A DNA stretch of 63,617 nt, the filler included, from Thraustochytrium aureum (lineage: Eukaryota): assembly GCA_012862495.1 (NCBI GenBank). It is 7 parts of 6 records of this genome, joined end to end, with 100 filler letters (N's around TTAATTAATTAA, not from the genome) between each part and the next. Parts side by side here need not be neighbours in the genome. Positions count along the whole stretch, not along the records: positions 1 to 26,223 come from BLSG01000249.1; positions 26,324 to 37,742 come from BLSG01000250.1; 5 more parts are not named here. The stretch is one strand, 5' to 3'. Made by a program: the position numbers and the translations under genes. This document shows, piece after piece, positions 25,003 to 35,232 of this stretch. Under the pieces are notes generated by a model. The model saw nothing but the letters and a program-made list of their open reading frames with translations, did not search any database and was not told where the DNA came from. Each line of letters opens with the position of its first letter. Position 1 is the first letter of the stretch.

Positions 25003-26099
25003 TCGAGGTCGAGTTGGGGGACGTTGATGTCGCCGGTCGCTGCGGGCTGGACCGAGCTGAGGCGCTCGACCTTGATGTGCAGTGGCTTGAGGAACAGGTC
25101 GAGCTGGCCGAGACGCGGTGGGGAGCTGGGCGATGCGCGACCGTTTCCTTTGATCTGGTGGTGCCCGCGCGCAACCCGCGCGTGCACGACGGCAAAACCG
25201 GTCTGCGGAAAAGGCTGTGGGACGGGAGGCCTTCCGTGGCAGTGCTGTGGGCGACGTGGTCGCCGCAGAGCCAGAGAGTTGTGGAGTCGTTGGCGCCGTG
25301 GGTGCGCGATCGTTGGCGCGGCGCGGTCGCGGTCATCGCGGTCGGTGTGGACGACGAGCCGCAGCGGCCACGAGCGTTTGTTGAGGGCCTCATCGCCGCC
25401 GCCCGCGCTGCCGCGGTGCCTTGCGCGTGGGCCGACCTGGACGGCGTAGTTTGGGCGGGGTACGGCCCTCAAGGCGACTGGCGGTCGAGCGAGGCCGTGC
25501 GCGCGTTTGCCACGGACGCCGTTCCCGCACTTGTTGTGGCCGACGCGGACGGCAACCTCGTGGAGGAGTGCTTGTTTGTGGACGAGTGCGCGCTTGCCGA
25601 GGATGACGGCGCCGCGTTTGCGCAGGCTTTGCATGAGGCGCGTCTTGCAGTAGAATCAAAGGTTGCTGCTATCTTGGCCGGCCTTCCTCCGCGCCCGGCA
25701 ACTCCCGGGGACAAGGGCTTGGGCGACGACGCAGGCGCTGCATGCTTTGCTTTGGTTGAGCAGCGCCAAGCGTGGGAAGATCGGGTACTGAGTCAACTCG
25801 ATACCGACGGGCGCGCATCGTATGCGGGCGTCGTGTTCGAGTATGATGAGGTTTGGGCTGCCGCGCAGCCCGCGCGGTTCCTCAAGTCCGCATTGGTAAC
25901 CGTCCGCGTGCTTGGGATTGCCCCAGAAGAATCTGCACCCGTGCTAGCCTTGTTTGACCGTGCGGACAGCCCGTGCAGCAGTTCGTGTATGCAAGTTGAG
26001 GCCAAGCAGACCGCCTTGAACTCGGCCGACGGCCAGGCCGGTTCGCTAGCCGGCAAGACCGGCGACGTCGCGGTGGTCCTGGGAGCGCCTGGTGCGTAG
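25003..26099 (+). CDS. Hypothetical protein with a redox-inactive TlpA-like thioredoxin fold; 5' end in gap
   Basis: GRPSVAVLWATWSPQSQ...VIAVGVD...VPALVVADADGNLV parallels TlpA GKxVxxxFWAxWCxxC...P.xxxxDxxG, with SxxS instead of CxxC. Confidence 0.55.
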
Positions 26100-26223
26100 C
26101 GACGGCCGACCGTACATTTTCAAGGGCAAGATCAAGCGAGGGAAGGCCGTTCGGCCGCCTGCCTGCTTGCCTGCCTGCCTGCCGGGCGCCAGTTCGGAAA
26201 GCTGTTGAATGGCAATCAGAGAA

Positions 26224-26323
26224 NNNNNNNNNNNNNNNNNNNNNNNNNNNNNNNNNNNNNNNNNNNNTTAATTAATTAANNNNNNNNNNNNNNNNNNNNN
26301 NNNNNNNNNNNNNNNNNNNNNNN
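26224..26323. other. Artificial contig linker N44-TTAATTAATTAA-N44
   Basis: 12-mer with stops in all six frames at 26268-26279; total length exactly 100 nt. Confidence 0.97.
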
Positions 26324-28813
26324 GGATCGTGCAGTTGAGCAGCATGCTCTTGGCCGACTCTGCCGATGGCGAGCGCCCTATCATCCCCCGAGCAATCCTC
26401 GCCCTTTCTCGTCGCTATTGCGACGAAATGGCGGCCCAGCAGGGGTCACCGAGCGGGAGCGGCGGGATTTCACCCCAGGCTGCGCAAAACGATCCGGTCG
26501 TCAAGCTCTCGTGGCTGCTCTTGCGAATGCTAGAGTTTGAGTCGGAGCGCGTCGTGGCGAGCGGCGGCGAGGACCAGCGAGTGAGCCCCTTGCTGTCCGA
26601 GAAATTGTTGCAAGCGCTTGCACGGTGGAGCGGGACGTTTCTGCTGCCAGAGAATGGGTTTTATGTGGGCTCGCATGCGCGGATCCAGCAGGGCCTGCCT
26701 GCGTCGATCCTGGTCAGCTTTGGTCCGAACGAGCAGGGCCTCCAAGTGATGGACTTTCTTGTCAAGCGAGTCAGCATCTACTTGTCGAATTGGGGCGCCG
26801 AGCACGCTGTGAACGAGCAGGCCCTCGGGCTCCTCCGGGCCACCGTGGCCAACCCGGGTGCGGGCGCCCCCTTGCTGCGACTCCAGTCCTGGGAAGAACT
26901 CTGCCAAGCGTACGTGCGAGCTTCGCAAGAGCCGTCGTGGGCGCCGCTAGGGAGCCTCACGCCTCAGGCTCACGGTGCCCTCGCGGAGATCCTGCTCAAG
27001 TCCCTCGAGGTGAGCCGCGATGCGCCGCATCACCAGCTCAAGGCGGTGGAGGCTCGTCTCGCATTGCTAACTCACCCCCTCGCCCAGAGGCTCGCTGCGG
27101 TTAGCGGTCGTGCGGTTCGCCAGTCACAGCAGGGCTCGGACGCCGGCTCGGCCGCCAATCTGCTCGCCGACCCGCAGTGGGCCGCCGACGTTGAGCGGCT
27201 CCACGAGGCCTTTCTTGGGATCGTGCGTGCGTCCGAGTACGGCCCGCTTGCGCTCGGGTGCCGCAGGCTGCTCATCGACGCGCTGCAAGGGCCCTGGACA
27301 GAGCTCGCCGGCGCTGCTCTGGTCCTGCTCAAGCGCGTGGGCGTCGCCTCTGCCGCGGGCGGCACCGCGAAGCGCGTGATTAGTGGTGTGCTCGAGCTCG
27401 TTGCGTCGTTCGCAGAGTTCCAGCTCCCCCTCACCTCGATTACGCAGCTGCAGCCGGTCTGGCAGTCTTGCGACCGCATGGTCCAAGTCTACCGCGAGTA
27501 CCACGCCGCGCTCGTTGCGTCTCGCACTGGCGGGGCGGTTGACGAGGAAGACTGGGCACGCGACGTTCTTGTGCTTCTCAAGATGCTTGGCCACGTCGCA
27601 TACCGCGATTTGATCGATATGTCCGAGGAGGACGATCAGCCGCAGCAGCACCCGATACAGCTGCAGCAGTCGGTTTCGGCACACAGATTGTGCTCCAGGG
27701 CGTTTCCTTGGCATTTCCGCTCATTTCGAAGGACTTGCTGCAGTACCCAGGGCTTGCTGAGCAGTTCTTTGAGCTCCTCACCAGCTTGGTCAATTCCTGC
27801 CCTGGCCAGGTGGCCACGCTTGGGAGCGCAAGCTTCCAGCCCATCGTCCAGGCGCTCGAATTCGGCATGGTTGACCACCGCACGCTGGTGTCGCTCAAGT
27901 CGCTGGAGGCGCTGGCCGCGCTGGCCGAGTTTCACGCCTCGGCGCTGCGCAAGGGAGAGCCGGGCTTGGGGGCCAACCTGCGCAGCCCAGACGGCCAGTC
28001 TGTTTTGCTTCGCTTGCTGCAGGAGGTTCTCAACTTTGTGGTGTTTCAGACCTNNNNNNNNNNNNNNNNNNNNNNNNNNNNNNNNNNNNNNNNNNNNNNN
28101 NNNNNNNNNNNNNNNNNNNNNNNNNNNNNNNNNNNNNNNNNNNNNNNNNNNNNNNNNNNNNNNNNNNNNNNNNNNNNNNNNNNNNNNNNNNNNNNNNNNN
28201 NNNNNNNNNNNNNNNNNNNNNNNNNNNNNNNNNNNNNNNNNNNNNNNNNNNNNNNNNNNNNNNNNNNNNNNNNNNNNNNNNNNNNNNNNNNNNNNNNNNN
28301 NNNNNNNNNNNNNNNNNNNNNNNNNNNNNNNNNNNNNNNNNNNNNNNNNNNNNNNNNNNNNNNNNNNNNNNNNNNNNNNNNNNNNNNNNNNNNNNNNNNN
28401 NNNNNNNNNNNNNNNNNNNNNNNNNNNNNNNNNNNNNNNNNNNNNNNNNNNNNNNNNNNNNNNNNNNNNNNNNNNNNNNNNNNNNNNNNNNNNNNNNNNN
28501 NNNNNNNNNNNNNNNNNNNNNNNNNCTCAACTTTGTGGTGTTTCAGACCTTTGATTCGAGCGTGCTAAACCCGGCCGCCAACGCAATGCTTGCCTTGATT
28601 GTCTGTGAGCAGCAGAGCCTAGCGCCGATGATTGAATCGCTCATCAACTCGCAGCAAGACCTGGCTCTGAGGGACCGGCTCTCGCGCGCTTTCACGGCGC
28701 TTCTCTCTGGCAATGGGGTGCAGATGACCTTTGACCGCGTCAACCGCGGCCGATTCCAGCGGAACGTTCTGGACTTTGTCAACGACGTTCGCGGGTTCAT
28801 GCGGAGCAAGTGA
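26324..28813 (+). CDS. XPO4: Exportin-4-like (importin-beta family), C-terminal part; frameshift near 27680; spurious gap
   Basis: HEAT-like helices; SPLL...LARWSGTFL; FPLISKDLLQYPGLAEQFFELL; C-terminus DRVNRGRFQRNVLDFVNDVRGFMRSK. Confidence 0.8.
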
Positions 28814-28965
28814 TGGAGGAATGCACTAAGCCCCTCATGCTGCAAAGCCACTCACGCAGGCGCGAGTGGTTGCGCGTGTGGGTGGTTCCTGCCGGCGCAA
28901 GCATCCAGGGATTTGGCTGTGCTTCAAGTTTTGGTAGCTCGAATCTATTCAACAACATCACTCCC

Positions 28966-29283
28966 TTATCCACCCACTACGACTCCGTACGTCGTGCAAA
29001 CGCGGTCCATGTGCTCGCTCGGCGCGCTCGCGCACTCCACACTGCACTGCGCGTCGCCGTTTTCTGAAATGATCACCACACAGTCTTCGCCCACCAAAAA
29101 CGGTCTCGAAAACACCGTCTTGAGCTCGCGCGCCGCCTCATCCGAATGCATCCGCCCTTGCAGAATCACGCGCCCGCCTTCAAGCCGACGCACCCCAGCG
29201 GTCTCCGCCGCAGTTGCGACGGCAGCGACGGCGCTGGCAAGCCCAAGCCCAAGCCCAAGCCCAAGCCCAGCCCTCATTCTCAT
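28966..29283 (-). CDS. Small hypothetical protein with signal-peptide-like N-terminus; may extend past a frameshift
   Basis: MRMRAGLGLGLGLGLASAVAAVATAA followed by RRL and a Cys-containing segment. Confidence 0.35.
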   Translation of the reverse strand: MRMRAGLGLGLGLGLASAVAAVATAAETAGVRRLEGGRVILQGRMHSDEAARELKTVFSRPFLVGEDCVVIISENGDAQCSVECASAPSEHMDRVCTTYGVVVGG

Positions 29284-30629
29284 CGACACAAACGCGTCAC
29301 AAACCAAGCATTGACCGCTCCTCCAGCCCAATCGACGAGCGTGCTCGACAGCCTGCGAGCGAGCGAGCTCGGCAGCCAGCGATCGTGCTCGGCAACGAGC
29401 TCCAAAACAAGTCAACTCACTTCTGGACGAGCATCATGTCCCATTCCAGTGGGACGATAACGAACACAACGAAGAGCTCGGCGACGCCTCCAACAGGACC
29501 ACCAGACGCAAACCCCACGGGCGGGCGACACCACGGGCGGGCGATAGACGCTCTGCTCCGCTCTGCTCCGCTTGTCACCACAGACTCTGGTCGGGGTGAT
29601 GGCAAGGCATGGTGATTGAGTAATGACTCGGATGTCGATGACTCGTTGGACGAGGGAGGTCGGGCACGCGCCGGCTGAAATTGCACGGCCGCGCGCGCTG
29701 CGTGCTGTCAGGTACCTACCTACCACGACGAATTTGAGAGTACAGTTGGCCTACCGCAGCGACGGAAACGCTTGGAGGTGTAAGTGCGTTTCTCGCGGCC
29801 GCAATGGNNNNNNNNNNNNNNNNNNNNNNNNNNNNNNNNNNNNNNNNNNNNNNNNNNNNNNNNNNNNNNNNNNNNNNNNNNNNNNNNNNNNNNNNNNNNN
29901 NNNNNNNNNNNNNNNNNNNNNNNNNNNNNNNNNNNNNNNNNNNNNNNNNNNNNNNNNNNNNNNNNNNNNNNNNNNNNNNNNNNNNNNNNNNNNNNNNNNN
30001 NNNNNNNNNNNNNNNNNNNNNNNNNNNNNNNNNNNNNNNNNNNNNNNNNNNNNNNNNNNNNNNNNNNNNNNNNNNNNNNNNNNNNNNNNNNNNNNNNNNN
30101 NNNNNNNNNNNNNNNNNNNNNNNNNNNNNNNNNNNNNNNNNNNNNNNNNNNNNNNNNNNNNNNNNNNNNNNNNNNNNNNNNNNNNNNNNNNNNNNNNNNN
30201 NNNNNNNNNNNNNNNNNNNNNNNNNNNNNNNNNNNNNNNNNNNNNNNNNNNNNNNNNNNNNNNNNNNNNNNNNNNNNNNNNNNNNNNNNNNNNNNNNNNN
30301 NNNNNNNNNNNNNNNNNNNNNNNNNNNNNNNNNNNNNNNNNNNNNNNNNNNNNNNNNNNNNNNNNNNNNNNNNNNNNNNNNNNNNNNNNNNNNNNNNNNN
30401 NNNNNNNNNNNNNNNNNNNNNNNNNNNNNNNNNNNNNNNNNNNNNNNNNNNNNNNNNNNNNNNNNNNNNNNNNNNNNNNNNNNNNNNNNNNNNNNNNNNN
30501 NNNNNNNNNNNNNNNNNNNNNNNNNNNNNNNNNNNNNNNNNNNNNNNNNNNNNNNNNNNNNNNNNNNNNNNNNNNNNNNNNNNNNNNNNNNNNNNNNNNN
30601 NNNNNNNNNNNNNNNNNNNNNNNNNNNNN

Positions 30630-31388
30630 AAGCTACTGTTCGAGTACAAGGCGGCCGAGTTTTCACTGGCCCCGCTGCCGAACGCCGAGCAGCTCCGCCT
30701 CATCGCCGACTTTATCGAGGAGAAGCCGCTGCGCCTCGTCGACCTCGACATGGCCAACTATGCGTCGGACCGCAACATGCCGCCCGCTGCGCTCGGCAAG
30801 GACGGGTTTTGGACCTGGCACTACCGGGTTGCCAAAGTGCAGGACTTGTACGAGTCGCTCATCAACTGCCACCTGGACGCGAACTTTGCCGACGAGGGGG
30901 CTCTCCTCGCAGACCAGACGTTGCAGGCTTGGTGGGCGGCCATGTACGTGCACGTCCCGGCTCTGCAGCGCACCACAGGCGCATGGGCGGACCCAGTTCT
31001 CTCCCGCGTGGGCCTCGTCAACGTCCTCAAGGTGTTGTTCACTTGGTTGAGCTGGGTGCACGAGGACGTGGGCCACAGTGCAGCCGCATATGTCTACAAC
31101 CCGGTCCACACCCCAATGGCTGTCCCAGCGGACGGCCGCGGTGTGCCGTTCAAGATGGTTTCCTTCAATGCTGCAGCGTACCGCGGCTTCGTGTTCCTCA
31201 ACCGCGCCAAGCTCCTCGACGCCGCGCCTTCGTTCTGGTTTGACGACTCGGCCAGCGACCGCCAGTGCTTTACAGCCTTCCAGGGTGCGCTGGCAGCCCT
31301 GGGGTCCTCCGACCCGGCATTCGCCAACTGCGACGACCGCGGCTTTTACTCGTGCGTGGACCGCGTCGAAACCGGCGTCTCCAGCTGA
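30630..31388 (+). CDS. Lipoxygenase-like protein, C-terminal half; 5' part in gap (possible ATG at 29804)
   Basis: ALLADQTLQAWW (cf. DxELQAWW), SRVGLVNVLKVLFTWLSWVHEDVGH (cf. TIIFTASAQHAAVN), YNPVHTP, C-terminus VETGVSS* (cf. IPNSISI). Confidence 0.72.
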   Translation, partial: KLLFEYKAAEFSLAPLPNAEQLRLIADFIEEKPLRLVDLDMANYASDRNMPPAALGKDGFWTWHYRVAKVQDLYESLINCHLDANFADEGALLADQTLQAWWAAMYVHVPALQRTTGAWADPVLSRVGLVNVLKVLFTWLSWVHEDVGHSAAAYVYNPVHTPMAVPADGRGVPFKMVSFNAAAYRGFVFLNRAKLLDAAPSFWFDDSASDRQCFTAFQGALAALGSSDPAFANCDDRGFYSCVDRVETGVSS

Positions 31389-32013
31389 GCTCGAGCGTCG
31401 CGAGCCAAAGCTCGAGCGTCGCGAGCTTGCCGCTGAACAATAGATAGTAAAGGGCTCCGGGTCCTCGCCAATTGACCAAACTGTCCATCGACTCGTGAAC
31501 TCTGCGCGCTGGAGAGGTCGGCTCGCGTGGATGGATGATCTCGACGCGCGTCAGACATGGAGCCCTGCTTCACCCTGATGAACGTTGCCACTCTCTGTAG
31601 ACAGCTCGAGCGCGCTCTCTCCTGGCTCCGCGACAGGCGCGCCCGAGTCGACAGAATGGATCGTCCGAGCGTCGAATCGCTGTGGCTCGGCTGGCTTTTG
31701 TTGAGGGAGCTCCCACGAATAAGTATGCGCCATCGCGTGTGCCAAGAGCGGACGATCGATCGCCACGTTGCGATTCTTGTGCGAATGTTGGCCAGCGCGC
31801 CCATCAGACCCGCAACGCCGCGGGCGCGAGCAGGACGAGCTGTCTGTGCGTCTGCGGGTTGCGTGCTCCGCAGTCGTTTTTCTTGTTGGCGTCGGCAGTG
31901 GGCGGCCTGAGATCGTCTCGTTCGTGTGATTGCCAGAGTGGACGTCGATTCGTGTCGCGTCCTGACGACGCAACGTCGTTCTTGTGTGCCGCGAGCCCGC
32001 GTGCGGCCAGAGG

Positions 32014-35000
32014 ATGGCGCCCGCAGGGCGGTTCAAAGGCGCTGCTCACAGGCTCCCTGAAGAGGACGGGACATTTGATGTTGTCGTGGCTGGGGCTGGG
32101 CCTGCAGGAGCCACCACGGCGTACTATCTTGCGCAGTACTCGCGGAACGTCTACGCGGGCACGCCGCTGCGCATCGGGCTGCTAGACAAGGCCGCATTCC
32201 CACGGGACAAGTACTGCGGTGATGCATGGTGCTTTAGCGCCCTTGAAATCATGGAAGACATGGGCGTGCTGCAAGAGCTTGAACGGGACGGTCTCGTCTG
32301 CAATTGCTTGTGCGGCGGGTTTGTGTCTCCGGCGGGCCACAGCTTCATCGCGAACGACCGCAACACGCCGCCCGAGAGCAAAAACATGACCACGCGCTGC
32401 TATGCGATCAAGCGCAAAATTGCAGACGAGCGAATCGCGCGGTGTGCGAGCCGGCAGGTTGGCGTCGAGCTCGTTGAGAACGCGATGGTGGAGACGGCAG
32501 TCCTGGACGACCTGGCCGGCGTCTGGACGGTCACGTGCGGGGACGGGCGCGTATTTCGCGCCCGTATGCTCGTTGCCGCCGACGGGGCGGCCTCTGCGAT
32601 TGGGCGGTCCTTGGGTCTCGTCACGAGCCCGCCTCAGGCCGTCGCTGGCCGAAGGTACGTCAAAGCCGGCACTCACAACTTCAAGGCGGACGGAGTTCTC
32701 TTGTACCCCGACTACACTCTGCCCGGCTACGCGGCCCTGTTCCGCCACTATGACGACTCGATCGACCTTGGGCTCTACTTGCTCCCAGGCGGCTCCGCCA
32801 AAGACAGCGACATCCAAGACATCTACGAGAACAAGCTCATGGCGGACCCCTTCGTGAGCCGCGCGCTCGGCCCCAACGCGCAGTTCAGCGAGCGCCTTAA
32901 GGTGGCCTCGCTGCGCCTCGGCGGGGAGCCGCGATCCTGGGGCAACCACATCGTGCTCGTCGGAGACGCTGCCGGCCAGATCGATCCCCTCACTGGCGAG
33001 GGGATCCACACGGGAATGATCGGTGGCAAGCTTGCCGCCGAGACGATCGCCGAGCTATTCCGCGAGGGCGACTTCTCCGACGCCGCGTGCAAGCGATACC
33101 ACTCCAGCTGGATGCGCGAGTTCGGCCGTGACTTTGCACTCAGTGCAGGAGCAGGCAAAGTTCTGCGCCGTGCGCCGTTCCTCATGGACGCCGTCCCCAT
33201 GGCCTCGATCGCCAAAGGGGGCAAGGCCGGAAGCGACTTTTTTGGAGACTTTGGCGCTGTGATGACGGGAGCGCTCCCGAAGAGCACCTTCTTGCGACCA
33301 AGCGTAGCGTGGCCGCTTGCTGTGGAGTCACTCAAGCAGTTTGTCAACCAGTATCTGCTAAAGTCCGAGCGCCGCTACTACACCGACCCTGCCCAGCTCG
33401 TCGCGGCCGAGGTCAAACGCCAGACCAGCTGGGACGCGCAGTGTCTGATCGACCCCACTGCGCCGGTTGGGAAGCCAGCGGAAGACGAAGGCGAAGGCCA
33501 GCTCGCGGAGGCCCACAAGTATGCTGACGACCGTCTGCCGCCGGCTCTCGTGCTCTATGGCACCGAGTATGGGTTTTCCCACGAGCTAGCCTTGAGCCTC
33601 TGCGAGCGTTTGGGGGAACGGGGCTCGTGCTCGCCGCGCTGCCTCAACATCGCGCACCACGAGCTCGTAAACTGGGATGAGGAAGACTTGCTCTTTGTTG
33701 TGTGCTCGACCGCGGGCGATGGCGATCCTCCCGTTGCCGCACAGCCGTTTTTCGAGGCGCTTCGAAACGGGGCCATGGCCGGGCGGCTCCGGGGCCTGCG
33801 GTACGCCGTTCTTGCGCCCGGGGACCGAGCATACCCCAAGTTTGCGGCGGCCGGCAAGGAGCTCGGGCGCTTGCTCGAGGGTGCCGGGGCGACCGCAGCG
33901 CTGCTGCTCGAGACTCTTGACACGGAGGACGGCCTCAAGGCGGTGCCGTGGTTCACGGCCTGTTGCAACCTGGATCCGCTGCCGAAGCGCGACCTCGGAC
34001 AGGAAGACTACCTCCGCCAGGTCCTGCGTGACAACGCGGTGCTTCTTGCGCCCACAAAGGGCGCCACGCGCGCTGCGCCATTCATGGCAACGCTCTCTGC
34101 GCGTCGCTTGCTGACATCGCTGGACCCTGCGGACCCTGACCCGAAGGAGACGTGGCATATCGAAATCGATTTGACGGACGACCTCGACGGCTTGGTAGAA
34201 TACCTGCCGGGCGACGCTCTGGGCGTTCAGCCGCTCAACTGTGAGCAGGAAGTAGATGCCATCTTGCAGCTTCTCAGGGTGCCTCCCGACGCTCGCGTGT
34301 CAGCCGAGAGCGCGCGCGAGCTCCTCCTCCGCAGCGACCTCCGCCTCTCCCTGAGCGAACTCAAAGTGGACAAGGACGAGCACGTGATTGATGTTCTAGA
34401 GCGTGACGCATCTGCGCGCTCTCAAGGTCTGGACATCTTGTCCAGGCTCAAGCCGCTGCAGCCGCGCTACTATTCGATTGCCTCGTGCCCAACCAAAGAC
34501 GCCGGCTCAGTGCACTTGTGCGTGGCGGCAGTGCGGTATTCCCTCCGAGAGCGCGGGCGGAAAGGCGTTGCGTCGACGTTTCTTATCGACAGGGTCAAGA
34601 TCGGGGGGCAGATTCCGGTCTGGGTCCAACGGAATCCGTCTTTCAGGCCAAAGGCGCGCTCCGTGCTCATTGGGCCAGGGACGGGCCTCGCGCCATTTCG
34701 CTCATTCATTCGCAACATGCCCGAAAGCGAGACGATGCTCTTTTTCGGGTGCCGCAACGAGGCACGCGATTTTTTGTACCGCGAAGAGCTGCGCTCGTGG
34801 GCGGCGGACAGCGACAACCACGACCTGCGACTCGCCTTTTCGCGGGACACGGGATCCAAAGTGTACGTGCAGAACCGTCTCGCGGAGCCCGACGTGGCGG
34901 CCAAGGTTTGGGGGCTTTTGAGCCGTTCTGACGACCCCGCGCACGTTTTCATCTGTGGCGAGGGGTTCCGAATGGCAGGCGACGTGAAGGCGGCCCTGTT

Positions 35001-35100
35001 TGCGCTGGTCGTCGAGCACTCGAATGGCGCTGTGGCAGACGAGGAGGCGGCTGCGAAGTTTCTCGAGGGCCGGCTTCACCTCGACGTTTGGGTCTCCTAG
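32014..35100 (+). CDS. Fusion of geranylgeranyl-reductase-family FAD oxidoreductase and CPR/CysJ-type diflavin (FMN-FAD-NADPH) reductase
   Basis: N-terminal half: FDVVVAGAGPAG, FPRDKYCGDA, ADGA, GDAAGQIDPLTGEGIH. C-terminal half: LYGTEYG, STAGDGDPP, GDRAYPKF, PRYYSIAS, GVASTFL, IGPGTGLAPFRSF, FFGCRN, AFSRD, KVYVQ, FICG, DVWVS*. Single uninterrupted, gap-free ORF. Confidence 0.92.
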   Translation: MAPAGRFKGAAHRLPEEDGTFDVVVAGAGPAGATTAYYLAQYSRNVYAGTPLRIGLLDKAAFPRDKYCGDAWCFSALEIMEDMGVLQELERDGLVCNCLCGGFVSPAGHSFIANDRNTPPESKNMTTRCYAIKRKIADERIARCASRQVGVELVENAMVETAVLDDLAGVWTVTCGDGRVFRARMLVAADGAASAIGRSLGLVTSPPQAVAGRRYVKAGTHNFKADGVLLYPDYTLPGYAALFRHYDDSIDLGLYLLPGGSAKDSDIQDIYENKLMADPFVSRALGPNAQFSERLKVASLRLGGEPRSWGNHIVLVGDAAGQIDPLTGEGIHTGMIGGKLAAETIAELFREGDFSDAACKRYHSSWMREFGRDFALSAGAGKVLRRAPFLMDAVPMASIAKGGKAGSDFFGDFGAVMTGALPKSTFLRPSVAWPLAVESLKQFVNQYLLKSERRYYTDPAQLVAAEVKRQTSWDAQCLIDPTAPVGKPAEDEGEGQLAEAHKYADDRLPPALVLYGTEYGFSHELALSLCERLGERGSCSPRCLNIAHHELVNWDEEDLLFVVCSTAGDGDPPVAAQPFFEALRNGAMAGRLRGLRYAVLAPGDRAYPKFAAAGKELGRLLEGAGATAALLLETLDTEDGLKAVPWFTACCNLDPLPKRDLGQEDYLRQVLRDNAVLLAPTKGATRAAPFMATLSARRLLTSLDPADPDPKETWHIEIDLTDDLDGLVEYLPGDALGVQPLNCEQEVDAILQLLRVPPDARVSAESARELLLRSDLRLSLSELKVDKDEHVIDVLERDASARSQGLDILSRLKPLQPRYYSIASCPTKDAGSVHLCVAAVRYSLRERGRKGVASTFLIDRVKIGGQIPVWVQRNPSFRPKARSVLIGPGTGLAPFRSFIRNMPESETMLFFGCRNEARDFLYREELRSWAADSDNHDLRLAFSRDTGSKVYVQNRLAEPDVAAKVWGLLSRSDDPAHVFICGEGFRMAGDVKAALFALVVEHSNGAVADEEAAAKFLEGRLHLDVWVS

Positions 35101-35232
35101 TTGGCAAGGAATAACGCTAAACGAATGTCTCAGAGGTTTGTCTCGCTAAGATAATCGCAGGCTGCGCAGTGCCGAGCGTGGCGCTGAGCGTGGCGCTGAG
35201 GCGAAGCGAGGCCACGCCTGCCCCAGGTGCTG

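Noticed and set aside
26268..26279. TTAATTAATTAA as a biological repeat or piggyBac TTAA target site
   Set aside because: Always centred in exactly 44+44 N; an assembly spacer.
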